Source: Candidatus Hermodarchaeota archaeon
GTDB taxonomy: Archaea > Asgardarchaeota > Lokiarchaeia > Sigyniarchaeales > SOKP01
Length of the DNA stretch: 64,000 bases
Reading direction: 5' to 3'
NCBI GenBank assembly: GCA_048885525.1
Contig: JBHLLP010000007.1
Location: 32,001 to 96,000 of the forward strand
A model generated the notes under the pieces. The model saw only the letters and a list, made by a program, of their open reading frames with translations. It was not told the DNA's origin and ran no database searches. Made by a program: the position numbers and the translations under genes. This document shows positions 1 to 10,171 of this stretch, piece by piece; within the stretch, counting starts at the first letter, position 1, and each line of letters opens with the position of its first letter.

Positions 1-406
1 GTAAACGAAACGTTGATTTTAAAAAACTTCCATTAGGGATTGATTTATATTCGTGTAATATCCAGCTCATAGGTTTATCTTTACTATTTAGAACACTTCC
101 TGCATTTTTGTGGTTAAACTCAGCCTTTATAGGTATTGAATTAGGATCTTCCCATCGAATTCTTAACGTTGTTGGTCTTCCTTGGATTGTTTCAACCACG
201 CGATGTATTGCGCCTACATGACCATTCACGTCCCTAGGAGCGATTTCCCATTCGAATGATTTGTGGTCCTTAGGATGCCATAATTTATAGCGTTCTGAAT
301 TATCAATATGATCCCACCACCAATCAATCATCTCAGGTGAAACTTTATAGATTTCATGTTCTACGATTAAATAAATAGTTTCATTATTTAATTTTTTATA
401 AATCAT
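1..406 (-). CDS. DAPG hydrolase PhlG-family protein (3' end runs off the window)
   Basis: Not in the ORF track. Manual translation from ATG at 406 gives MIYKKLNNETIYLIVEHEIYKVSPEMIDWWWDHIDNSERYKLWHPKDH..., open to position 1. MIDWW..YKLWHP..H is the PhlG/DAPG-hydrolase signature. Confidence 0.7.
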   Translation of the reverse strand, partial: MIYKKLNNETIYLIVEHEIYKVSPEMIDWWWDHIDNSERYKLWHPKDHKSFEWEIAPRDVNGHVGAIHRVVETIQGRPTTLRIRWEDPNSIPIKAEFNHKNAGSVLNSKDKPMSWILHEYKSIPNGSFLKSTFRL

Positions 407-557
407 CTTTATGTTTCGATTAACGATTTTAGAAGTTGAAATAATTCTTAATTTATGAAAAATTAGCTTTATTTATAAAATCTAATGAAAAGAATTAATA
501 TTTTAAGTATGATAAATATTTAATTAGAAAAATCTAAAATTTCTTAGATGATGAATT

Positions 558-1790
558 ATGAATGACTCAAAATACGTATATCTTGATAATGCCGCAACAA
601 CACCAATGGATCCCCTTGTAATCGAGGAAGTTAATAAACAATTTAAAGAAAACTACGGAAATTCTATGAGTTTACATTCTATAGGACAAAAAGCAGCTCA
701 AGTCTTAGTGAAATCACGTGAGATGATTGCATCTCTCATCAATGCTGAAAGAGATGAAATTTTTTTTACTTCTTCTGGAACTGAGGCTGATAATATTGCT
801 ATATTTGGTGTTACTTCTAAAAATAAAAATCGAGGCAATCATATTATAATTTCTGCTATTGAACACCATGCTATAGGTCATCCAAGTGAACAAATGGAAA
901 AAAGAGATTTTAAAATCACAGTTTTGCCTGTTGATAAATATGGTTTAATTAATATCAATGAGTTAGAAGAATCAATAACAAATAAAACAATTCTTATTAG
1001 CATCATGTTTGCTAATAATGAAATTGGAACAATACAACCAATCAAAGAGATCGGAGAAATTGCAAAAAAATATGACATTATATTTCATACAGACGCAGTA
1101 CAAGCTTTTGGAAAAATTCCGATAGATGTTAAAGAAATGAATATTGATCTTCTAACTGCCTCAGCACACAAATTATATGGACCAAAAGGAGTAGGAATGT
1201 TATATATAAGAAATAAAGGTGTGAAAGAAGGGTGGGGCAAATTTATTGAACCAATAATGTATGGTGGAGGTCATGAAAGAGATATGAGACCGAGTACAGT
1301 GAATGTTCCTGGCATTGCGGGATTTGCGAAAGCAGTTGAGATTGCAAAGAAAGAAATGCTAAAAGAGATAGAAAAACATACTGAATTACGTGATAAAATT
1401 ATAAGATGGGTTACAGAAAATATTGAAGATAGTTATTTGAATGGACATCCTACTCAAAGGCTTCCCAATAATGTCAATTTAGGATTTAGATATATAGAAG
1501 GAGAATCTATTGTATTAGATTTAGATATGGAAGGGATAGCAACATCAACCGGCTCCGCTTGTTCATCAAAATCACTAGAGCCCTCACATGTATTGCTAGC
1601 AATTGGATTAAAGCCAGAAGAAGCTCATGGTTCTTTAAGAGTTTCTTTGGGTCGATTCACAACAGAAGAAGATATAGATTATTTCTTACAAAAATTACCA
1701 ATTGTGATTGAAAGGTTGAGAAAAATGTCTCCACTCAAAAAGGGCGTAAAATATATGTTTGATGAAAGTGCTACTAATCATCACCATTAA
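558..1790 (+). CDS. iscS: Cysteine desulfurase (IscS/NifS, group I)
   Basis: YLDNAATT, TSSGTEADN, HTDAVQ, PLP lysine in SAHKLYGPKG, catalytic Cys loop STGSACSS. Confidence 0.95.
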   Translation: MNDSKYVYLDNAATTPMDPLVIEEVNKQFKENYGNSMSLHSIGQKAAQVLVKSREMIASLINAERDEIFFTSSGTEADNIAIFGVTSKNKNRGNHIIISAIEHHAIGHPSEQMEKRDFKITVLPVDKYGLININELEESITNKTILISIMFANNEIGTIQPIKEIGEIAKKYDIIFHTDAVQAFGKIPIDVKEMNIDLLTASAHKLYGPKGVGMLYIRNKGVKEGWGKFIEPIMYGGGHERDMRPSTVNVPGIAGFAKAVEIAKKEMLKEIEKHTELRDKIIRWVTENIEDSYLNGHPTQRLPNNVNLGFRYIEGESIVLDLDMEGIATSTGSACSSKSLEPSHVLLAIGLKPEEAHGSLRVSLGRFTTEEDIDYFLQKLPIVIERLRKMSPLKKGVKYMFDESATNHHH

Positions 1791-1825
1791 CAAAAATATT
1801 AAGAAAGACTTTAAAGATTAATCTT

Positions 1826-2572
1826 TTAGCGAAATATTTTATCTGGAGGTTCAATTTCTATTATTATGTGGTTTCCACTACTCCAGGAATTTATGGTCCC
1901 AGACCAATTTGGAAATAAACTAAATCTTGGTCTTAAGCAGATCGTAACCCCGTCATATGGAGCAATCATGACATGTCTCGCTAACTCCATCTCCCAAAAT
2001 GCTGATTTGAATAGAAAATGTTCAACAATTAAGATTTGAGGTGAATTTCCAAATCCATCCCAACTTGTATTTTCATTTATTTCAAAATGTGGATGATTGA
2101 TAGATAAATAACTAACAAAAGCATCTCTCATAGACTCGATTAAAGGTGAAATAGTAGATGTCCAATTTATTACTTGTACTATTGCATAATCTTTCTGGGC
2201 TATATTTTTACTTGAAGCAATTGCTTCAACGTGAATTAAGTTATCAAGATGCGAAACATTTGGATATAAAAAAACCTCAGCAATTTTTCTTAAGGGTTTG
2301 TTATTCCATATTTTATATTCTAAATTTATTGTAATATTCGTTTTAATCGATAAAGATAGATTACTTATTATATCCTTCTTATTAGTATTTATATCTATAA
2401 GAAGTCAACCAGTATGATTTGGATAAGATTTCATTTGACTTGGAATAAATTCAACATTAATAATTGCTTGTTCTTGATTAAAGGAAATTATAATATACAT
2501 AATTGGAATTGAAGCTAAAATTATACCAAATCCTAATATAATTACAATAAGAAATTTTTTATTAAAATACAT
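1826..2572 (-). pseudogene. Membrane-anchored/secreted hypothetical protein with one in-frame TGA (codon 56)
   Basis: The frame of track ORF 1826..2131 extends to ATG at 2572 (MYFNKKFLIVIILGFGIILASIPIMYIIISF..., an N-terminal hydrophobic helix). The only interruption is TGA at 2407-2405 (..PNHTG*LLIDIN..). 248 codons in total, starting 6 nt after the upstream permease stop. Confidence 0.7.
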
Positions 2573-2578
2573 ATGAGT

Positions 2579-3892
2579 TTAACCATAAAATAACGTTAAT
2601 AAAGATAAATAACCAATCGACAAAATTATATGTATTATGGCGAAAGTTGCACCAACTCTTAATAATCTCTTAAAACTAAAATTTTCCACGTCGTTATTTT
2701 GAGCAATTTTTAAAGTCATTACGTCACATGCTGCACCCTGAGGTATTAAATTTCCTCCAATATTTACTGCTATAATTAATGAATAATATAATGGGATTGA
2801 AGGGAATCCAAACCCAAAAGGTTCTGGTGCTACCAACAGATTTACAATAGGAATAAAAACTAAAGCTGTAGGTGTATTAGCTACGAAACCAGACACAAAA
2901 CTAACTAATATCAAGATAAAAAAACTTACTACAAACGGATTTAAAGTTTCAAAAGGAATGCCTCTAAAAAGGTTTTCAAATCCAGCAACTCCCAAACAAC
3001 CAACAACAACATATAATGAAATGAAGAAAAATATGATTTCCCACTCAACATCTTTTAAAAATTCACCCATTTTTTTATTAGTAAATTTTTTATTAATTAA
3101 TACCAATAAAAATGCAGAAAATGCTGCTGTCAAATAAAGAAATGGTAAAATAGCAAAAAGAGCGATGGTAATAACAATTGCTATACTATTAAAATAAAAC
3201 ATTCTTTTGTCTGATATCATTACTTTAGCATCTACTAGGTCCAAAACATATTTTTTTTGAAGATCTTCTATTTGTGGTTCCTTACTCAATTGAAACTTAT
3301 CTATTAAAAAAGCTGTTATGAATAAAAGGAAGAAGGAAAAAACCCAATAATAGGTTATGAAATAAACAGTATCTAGGTTAAAAGCTGCGGAGATAATAAT
3401 ATTTTCTCCACTAGAAAATGGAGTAATGATTGACCCAATATTTATACAAATTGTCATTCCTAATAAATAAGTTCCTGCTCTTATTCTTAAAAAACGACAT
3501 AAACGTATCACAACTGGGGCTAATATCAATACAACAACTACATCACTAATAATTGCTGCTAAAATTGTAGTTATAAAGCATAATAAATAAAAAAATATTT
3601 TCCTGTTTCCTTTTGAAACTTTAAAAAGTTTTACAGCCAAAAATTCTAAAATATTCGAATCTTGTGCGATTTTAGTAATAATACTCATACATAAAATAAC
3701 AATAATGGCTTCAAATTCAATAAATGATATAAAAGTAGATATAGTTAGACCTTTCGTTATACCAGTAATAGTACCAGCTGTAAAACAACACAATAAAGAA
3801 ATAGACACAAAATCTAATTTCTTTGATGAATAACTAATTAATATAATTATAAAAATAACAAAAATTACTATTAGAAGCCAAAGATCCTCCAA
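2579..3892 (-). CDS. ArsB/NhaD/SLC13-type (IT superfamily) permease
   Basis: Polytopic hydrophobic protein with INIGSIITPFSSGENII and SGFVANTP / NIGGNLIPQGAAC repeats typical of the IT superfamily. Confidence 0.8.
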   Translation of the reverse strand: MEDLWLLIVIFVIFIIILISYSSKKLDFVSISLLCCFTAGTITGITKGLTISTFISFIEFEAIIVILCMSIITKIAQDSNILEFLAVKLFKVSKGNRKIFFYLLCFITTILAAIISDVVVVLILAPVVIRLCRFLRIRAGTYLLGMTICINIGSIITPFSSGENIIISAAFNLDTVYFITYYWVFSFFLLFITAFLIDKFQLSKEPQIEDLQKKYVLDLVDAKVMISDKRMFYFNSIAIVITIALFAILPFLYLTAAFSAFLLVLINKKFTNKKMGEFLKDVEWEIIFFFISLYVVVGCLGVAGFENLFRGIPFETLNPFVVSFFILILVSFVSGFVANTPTALVFIPIVNLLVAPEPFGFGFPSIPLYYSLIIAVNIGGNLIPQGAACDVMTLKIAQNNDVENFSFKRLLRVGATFAIIHIILSIGYLSLLTLFYG

Positions 3893-4064
3893 TAAAATAA
3901 TCCTCGAATAAAATAATTTTAATTAAAGCTAATTAATAATTTAAATTTGACCAAATGTATATTGTTTATTTTTAACTGCAAATTGTAAAATAAAAATTAT
4001 TTAAATTAAATGAATTGCATATGATAGATTAATCTCGAATTTTATTATAGAGTTAATATCTATC

Positions 4065-5174
4065 ATGAATGGTGAAGTGATTTTTTTACGTTTAACAGAT
4101 GTAGGGCGTAGCATTGATTTGAAAAAAGCAACTACTATGATTCCTGCTATCCAAGATAAAAAAATTATAAAGACAAAAGATACTCCCTCGTACGTTGATT
4201 TTCCTGAACCTTTAAATTTGGAGGTTACTCAGAACATAACCTCTGAATTAAAAAACATTCTAAGTATAACTTTACAAGTGAAGCTATATGCTGAAGGCGT
4301 AATTTCTTTAATCTCTAGACTTGTTTTTCGTGATTTACCTTTAAATGAATTACACAAATTGAAAAAAATTACATTTAGGACTTCTGATGGTGAATTTCAA
4401 ATAAATCATTTTCTAAAACATCATCATAATAAAATTTTTAAACAAATAAGAAATTGTATCAGTGAAGAGAGCTTTTTATTTGGTAAATCTAGTCATGAAA
4501 AATATACATTATATTGCTTAATTGATAATTTAGAAAACCCCAAAGAATTTATTGAGAAAGAAAAAGATTATATTTCTGCTTTACTTATTGGAGAGAATCC
4601 TGAACTAAATCTTAGTAAAAAAAGAATTAATAAAATTATTGAAAAGACATTTTCATATTTAAATAATGATTTAATAATATTTGATTTTGATAGTTGTTTA
4701 ATTATTGATCCAAATTTAGATTATGAGGATGTATTACTTGTTGTTGAAATTGCAAACTATCAATTACTTGAATTACGTATATTAGATAAACTTTTAGATA
4801 AAAGATTGGCAATAGCAGAAGAAGACATTCGTAAAATTTATTTTAAGAGTCGAAGTTTATTCAGAAGATTAAAAAAGAAAGTTGGACGTTTGATTCGATT
4901 AAGATATGATTTATTGTTTTTGTTAGAAAATATTGAAAATGTGTCAAAATTAATTGGAGATTATTATTTAGCTGAAATTTATACATATCTATCTAACATA
5001 TTTCAATTAGAACAATGGAGTAGGAGCATACGAGTCCGTGTAGAATCTCTAGAAAATATTTATAATGTATCACAAACCAGTATTAATGAAAAATTCTTAG
5101 TTATTGTTGAAATTTTACTTTCCTTTATTTTTACAATGGAATTTGTACTCCTTCTATTTGATTTCTTTTTGTGA
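4065..5174 (+). CDS. Hypothetical protein, possibly RMD1/DUF155-like, with a C-terminal TM helix
   Basis: 369-aa ORF. Helical C-terminal part (YYLAEIYTYLSNIFQLEQW..RVESL) followed by one hydrophobic helix, as in RMD1-like proteins. The family call is tentative. Confidence 0.5.
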   Translation: MNGEVIFLRLTDVGRSIDLKKATTMIPAIQDKKIIKTKDTPSYVDFPEPLNLEVTQNITSELKNILSITLQVKLYAEGVISLISRLVFRDLPLNELHKLKKITFRTSDGEFQINHFLKHHHNKIFKQIRNCISEESFLFGKSSHEKYTLYCLIDNLENPKEFIEKEKDYISALLIGENPELNLSKKRINKIIEKTFSYLNNDLIIFDFDSCLIIDPNLDYEDVLLVVEIANYQLLELRILDKLLDKRLAIAEEDIRKIYFKSRSLFRRLKKKVGRLIRLRYDLLFLLENIENVSKLIGDYYLAEIYTYLSNIFQLEQWSRSIRVRVESLENIYNVSQTSINEKFLVIVEILLSFIFTMEFVLLLFDFFL

Positions 5175-5204
5175 AACCAAAATATCATTTATTTAACACT
5201 CATA

Positions 5205-6416
5205 TTAAATGAAAAGATCGGATATTTGAATATCCTCTTCTTTTTTTGACAAAACTTTATCTATAGCTATAATAAAATCTTCATTCGAAATAATTTCAGA
5301 ATTTCTTCTAATAGCATACATTCCAGCTTCAGTACAAATACCTTTTATATCAGAACCTGTTGCACCCTGAGTAAGATTACTTAACTCTTTTATCTCAATG
5401 TTCTCTTCAAAATGTAAATTTCTCATATGAACTCTAAAGATTGCTTCTCTTGCTTTTTCATTGGGAACTGGGAATTCCACTAAGCGATCAAATCGACCTG
5501 GTCTTAATAAAGCAGGATCCAATATATCAGATCGATTTGTTGCTCCAATAAATTTTATATCACCTCTTTGATCAAATCCGTCTAATTCGCTTAATAATTG
5601 CATTAATGTTCTATTTACTTCTCTATCACCTGAAGTATCATCTTGCATTCTAATAGCTCCAATTGCATCTAATTCATCTATAAACAAAATAGTTGGCGCT
5701 TTTTGTCTTGCTAAACTAAAAATTTCTCTTACGTATTGAGAACCTTCACCAATGAATTTCTGAACCAATTCTGTAGCAACTACTTTAATAAATGTTGCAT
5801 TTGATTCATGAGCAACAGCTTTAGCTAATAGAGTTTTTCCTGTTCCTGGTAAACCATAAAAAAGAACACCTTTCGGGGGTTCTATCCCAATCCTATCGAA
5901 TAGATCTGGTCTTTTTAATGGTAATTCTATTATCTCTTTAACTTCTTGAATTTGATTTTCTAAACCTCCTACATCCTCATATGAAACATCAATAGGGCTA
6001 TCTATTATTTCCATACCTCTCACAAATGGGCTAAAATTGGAAGGTAATATCTCCATTACAGCATAATTTCTTTGATTTAATCCTACATGTAGTCCTGTTA
6101 CAATCTTCTCATTTTGCAATCTATTACTAATTCTAACAATAAAGCTAGAGCTCGGTGGACTATCAACAATAGCACGGTCATTATTATCATCTAAAATATC
6201 AGTTATATATCCTGATAATAACGGAAGTTCACTTAATCGATCAATTTCTCCTCGCAAACTTTTTATTTCAAATTCCTCTTTTGTAATACTATTTCTTAAT
6301 AAGTTTACTTCCATTTCATAATTCTTTATTTTTTTCTCAAGATGTCGTATATATGAAACTATTTTCTCAACGTTCTCTGGATCTTTTTTACCATTTTCGA
6401 AATCTATCGCACTCAT
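5205..6416 (-). CDS. pan: Proteasome-activating nucleotidase (AAA+)
   Basis: N-terminal coiled coil plus OB region, YEDVGGL, Walker A GLPGTGKT, Walker B FIDELD, pore loop KFIGEG, SRH DPALLRPGRFDR, hydrophobic C-terminal tail LFI. Confidence 0.93.
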   Translation of the reverse strand: MSAIDFENGKKDPENVEKIVSYIRHLEKKIKNYEMEVNLLRNSITKEEFEIKSLRGEIDRLSELPLLSGYITDILDDNNDRAIVDSPPSSSFIVRISNRLQNEKIVTGLHVGLNQRNYAVMEILPSNFSPFVRGMEIIDSPIDVSYEDVGGLENQIQEVKEIIELPLKRPDLFDRIGIEPPKGVLFYGLPGTGKTLLAKAVAHESNATFIKVVATELVQKFIGEGSQYVREIFSLARQKAPTILFIDELDAIGAIRMQDDTSGDREVNRTLMQLLSELDGFDQRGDIKFIGATNRSDILDPALLRPGRFDRLVEFPVPNEKAREAIFRVHMRNLHFEENIEIKELSNLTQGATGSDIKGICTEAGMYAIRRNSEIISNEDFIIAIDKVLSKKEEDIQISDLFI

Positions 6417-6448
6417 TTTTTTGGCGGAATTTATTATTAGAATTATAT

Positions 6449-8383
6449 TTAAATTAATCCGATTCTTTTCATAACAACTTCTAAAATTTTGTCTAACATG
6501 TCTTTATAAGATATATTGGCAAAATTACACATTTTTGCTAGATGACCATCCCAACACCAACCAGGATTAGGATTTACTTCTAAAAGCTTAGGATTTCCTT
6601 GGGCATCTAAACGCCAATCAAATCTTGCATAATCTTGACATTCTAAACGTTCAAATAATTTAACAGAACAATGTTCAATGATTTCACTGGTTTCTTGTGG
6701 AAGATCTGCTGGAATTGATTTTAAATTCCAATAAGGAGACTCGGGTAGCCATTTTGCCTCATACCCACAGATTTTTGGTAATTCTGGAGGTAAATTTGAA
6801 TAATCTTCTTCAATTATTGGAAGTATTATAAAATCATTTGGTGGATTTCCAATAATACCGACTGTGAGATCTTTACCAGTTAGAAATTGTTCAACTAATA
6901 CTGGTTTATCATAACCAAATCTTTCGCGAATCTCAGAAATTGCATTCAATAATTCTTCTCCATTTTTAACTACACTTCTCTGAGTAATTCCAAAACTAGA
7001 GTCTCCAAAATTTGGTTTTACAATTGCAGGAAAATATAAAGGTAAATCTATTATTTTTTCTCCAGGTTTAATCAGAATAGCTTCGGGAACGGGAATTTCT
7101 AATTCTTTTGCGATACCTCTCACTAAAGACTTATCATAACAAAAAGCCAAACATTGAGGTCCAGATCCTGAATATGGAATTTTTAAGATATCTAGTAAAG
7201 CGGGAATATGTAATTCCTTTCTAGCGTCGTTGTAATAACCCTCATCACACAAATTAAAAACAAAATCAATCTTTCCTCTTAAATCTTCTAAATCTTTAAG
7301 AAGAGTATTGTGATTATCTAAATACGAGAAGCTATATTCATTAAGCTCGTTTAGTGTTGCCTTTAATTGATTTATAGTAAAGAAATCATCATCATCAAAT
7401 TTATTTAATGGTTTGAGCACATCGGGTTTATTAGGGTCTCCAAAAATAACAACACTATTTCTTCTAGTTATTTTTTCTTTCTTTTTAATTACGGTCCATT
7501 CTTTTTTAACTCGAGCACTAACAATAATCCTTTTTTCCATCATACCTAAATCTTGGTCCCTTTCAGACTCAGTTGTGATTGAGCCATGGAAAATTATATC
7601 ACTAAATCCTATCTTTTTTAATAAGTCTGAAATACTGGTTTTGGAGTATAATCTTTCTGAATAAAACTGATCAACTAAAACACCTTTATTCACATGATTT
7701 ATTACTTCACGTGAAATCAATTTTTGTTTATCAAAGGATAAGGATCTTTCTCGACATACAAAAAAATTCTTATCAATCCATTCCCACGAACGTGGTTGAA
7801 AATTATCTTTAATATACTCTCCATCAGTAATGTCTATTAGTATTTTCCCCCAAGGCTTTAAAACACGTAGAGTTTCTTTTAATACAAGAAGATCATCATT
7901 TATTGATTCAAAATATCCAAAACTATTTCCTAAAATCAAGACAAAATCAAACGTATCTGGATTATATGGTAATTTTCTCGCATCACCTTCTCGAAATTTA
8001 CATATAAAACCAAATTTTTTTGCGTTGCTTTTGGCTTTTTGAATCAAAAATCTAGAACGATCTAATCCATGTACATTATTAAAGCCTCTATTGGCTAATT
8101 CAATAGAATGTCTTCCTTGACCACAACAAAGATCAAGAATATGATGATCGGGATGAAATTGCATAACTTTTGAAAAAAAATCTATTTCAAAGTTGGTTAT
8201 TTTTTGATCTTCTACCACATCACCATCTGTCTTTAAATAATAAGCATTAAATATCTTTTTCCACCAGTCTTTTTTGACATATTCCTCTAAGTCCATAACA
8301 GGACCTAAGCATACGGTTGGACTTTTTTCTTTATTATCAGAAATTCTTTTTTTATTAATTATACTTTCAGTTTGGCTTGTCAT
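6449..8383 (-). CDS. Class I SAM-dependent methyltransferase fused to a D-Ala-D-Ala-ligase-like ATP-grasp domain
   Basis: N-terminal half has ILDLCCGQGRH, GLD, GDARKLP, GNSFGYF. C-terminal half has IPYSGS, VKP..SSFGI, LVEQF, RFDWRLD..LLEVNPNPG. Confidence 0.88.
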   Translation of the reverse strand: MTSQTESIINKKRISDNKEKSPTVCLGPVMDLEEYVKKDWWKKIFNAYYLKTDGDVVEDQKITNFEIDFFSKVMQFHPDHHILDLCCGQGRHSIELANRGFNNVHGLDRSRFLIQKAKSNAKKFGFICKFREGDARKLPYNPDTFDFVLILGNSFGYFESINDDLLVLKETLRVLKPWGKILIDITDGEYIKDNFQPRSWEWIDKNFFVCRERSLSFDKQKLISREVINHVNKGVLVDQFYSERLYSKTSISDLLKKIGFSDIIFHGSITTESERDQDLGMMEKRIIVSARVKKEWTVIKKKEKITRRNSVVIFGDPNKPDVLKPLNKFDDDDFFTINQLKATLNELNEYSFSYLDNHNTLLKDLEDLRGKIDFVFNLCDEGYYNDARKELHIPALLDILKIPYSGSGPQCLAFCYDKSLVRGIAKELEIPVPEAILIKPGEKIIDLPLYFPAIVKPNFGDSSFGITQRSVVKNGEELLNAISEIRERFGYDKPVLVEQFLTGKDLTVGIIGNPPNDFIILPIIEEDYSNLPPELPKICGYEAKWLPESPYWNLKSIPADLPQETSEIIEHCSVKLFERLECQDYARFDWRLDAQGNPKLLEVNPNPGWCWDGHLAKMCNFANISYKDMLDKILEVVMKRIGLI

Positions 8384-9214
8384 TTTAATTTTATATTAAT
8401 AATTTTAATTTTGATAAATTCTCAAGAAAATTAAGGATTTTTAACTTGAATGAAGTATTTAAGAATTTTACTATATCACTAAAAATTTTTACATATAGTT
8501 TAATCCCTCTTAACTTTTCAAATATAATATTATATTTCATCTATTTCCTAATCGGATACCCTTAATATGTTGTTAAGATTTAATTTTACTTCATTCTATT
8601 AAAAATTTATATTTGAAATTATATATAAATAAACTAATTAAAAAACTTTTCTTTTATATTTTTACCCTCTATAATGAATTTTAATAAGATTAAATATCTT
8701 GGAATAAGTCATATAATTCTTCAATCTTAGTAATAGAATATAAACTTATCCTAATGAAATAAATGAGGGCTTAATTTAATATTCTCTCCTCTTTTTATAG
8801 GCATTTTAGAATATTGGGTGATTTCTAATCATACTTTCATATTTGTTTACTAAATTGATTTTTCTGTACAAGAGATCCTATTAAATTATGGATTTATATA
8901 ATGAAACGATAAAATACTCAATTTTATTATAGATTCTAAAAAAATACTAAATTTTTAGAACTTAATCAAATATAAAACTAACTTCTTAATTAAAGTAAAA
9001 AGCATTAATTAACGTATGATCAAGGTTAACTCTTCTAATTTATAAAAGTACCCATAATGTTCTTTCACTCTTAAATAATTTTAATTAATTTTATTTATTA
9101 GAAGTGTTATTATTAAAATGGGAAACATTTAAATATTATATAAGTCTTTTATCATAATTGAAAATATTTCATAATTCTAATCTATTATAAATAACAAAAA
9201 AAGAGGTCAAAAAT

Positions 9215-9352
9215 GTGAACATAAAGCGAAATAAAGAGAAGAAAGAATTCGTGGAAGAAGAGGATTGGGATGAAATCGTAAAATACGATGATGATGAAGA
9301 CTGGGATGAAGATTGGGAAGATTTTGAAGACTTAAAAGAAGATTTTTACTAA
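9215..9352 (+). CDS. 45-aa acidic Trp-containing microprotein (Sem1/DSS1-like pattern)
   Basis: Below the track cut-off. GTG start preceded by an SD-like AGAGGT (9202-9207). Translation MNIKRNKEKKEFVEEEDWDEIVKYDDDEDWDEDWEDFEDLKEDFY*. Strong GAN codon periodicity inside an otherwise very AT-rich spacer. Confidence 0.75.
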   Translation: MNIKRNKEKKEFVEEEDWDEIVKYDDDEDWDEDWEDFEDLKEDFY

Positions 9353-9447
9353 TTGATTTCAGTATGACTTCAATTCTAAATCTATTCATTTATAACTCAA
9401 AGAAGGCTTAATTTAATTAACTTTTTTAATAAATAATTTAATAAATT

Positions 9448-10131
9448 GTGATATTAAATTTAAACAAGAAAATGGAAAATCAAACTTATTTAGCAATCCT
9501 AATATTAATCGGTGGAAAAAGCACTCGTTTTGGTCTTGAAAAAGCTATCATTGAATTTTATGGAAAGCCATTAATTTTACATCAAATAGAAATCTTAACA
9601 AAATTTGACCAAGATATATATCTAGTTGCTCATTCTGAAGAACAAATATTTAATTATCGAAAGCAAATAGAATTTCCAAAAGATATTAATTTTATTGTAG
9701 ATGATAGAGATATTTTTGAACATCCTAAAATCTATAAACCAATGTTAGGTATCTATTCTGGTTTTAAAGAACTAAGTAAATTAGGTTTTGAAAAAGTATT
9801 TCTATTATCATGTGATATGCCCCTTATTAATCCAGAAGTAATTAATTTAATGATTAATGAATCCCAAGGATATGATTGTTGTATTCCAAGATGGAAAAAT
9901 GGTTTTTTAGAACCTTTTTTTGCAATTTATCCTGTTGAAAAAGGATTTCAAAAAGCTAAAGAAATTTTAATTAATGAAAATTATGGACTAATAAATTTTA
10001 TAGATACGAATTGGAAAATAAACTATATTTCAGTAGAAAATTCTATTCAACCTTTAGATAAGAATTTATCAAGTTTAATAAATATTAATGGACCAATAGA
10101 TCTGGTTAAATTAATAAAATTATATAAATAA
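9448..10131 (+). CDS. mobA: Molybdenum cofactor guanylyltransferase
   Basis: ILIGGKSTRFG..KA, PMLGIYSG, LSCDMP, EPFFAIY, NINGP motifs. Confidence 0.85.
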   Translation: MILNLNKKMENQTYLAILILIGGKSTRFGLEKAIIEFYGKPLILHQIEILTKFDQDIYLVAHSEEQIFNYRKQIEFPKDINFIVDDRDIFEHPKIYKPMLGIYSGFKELSKLGFEKVFLLSCDMPLINPEVINLMINESQGYDCCIPRWKNGFLEPFFAIYPVEKGFQKAKEILINENYGLINFIDTNWKINYISVENSIQPLDKNLSSLININGPIDLVKLIKLYK

Positions 10132-10171
10132 AATTTGTTATAAAAAGAAATTTAAAAATTCGGTTAATAGA

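Noticed and set aside
6449-8383. Evidence for peptidoglycan synthesis or bacterial contamination from the Ddl-like domain
   Set aside because: No mur genes are nearby, the domain is fused to a methyltransferase, and the flanking genes (pan, tfb) are archaeal with the same base composition.
9207-9389. 60-aa minus-strand track ORF
   Set aside because: It is the antisense shadow of the acidic plus-strand microprotein, which has the SD and the codon periodicity.
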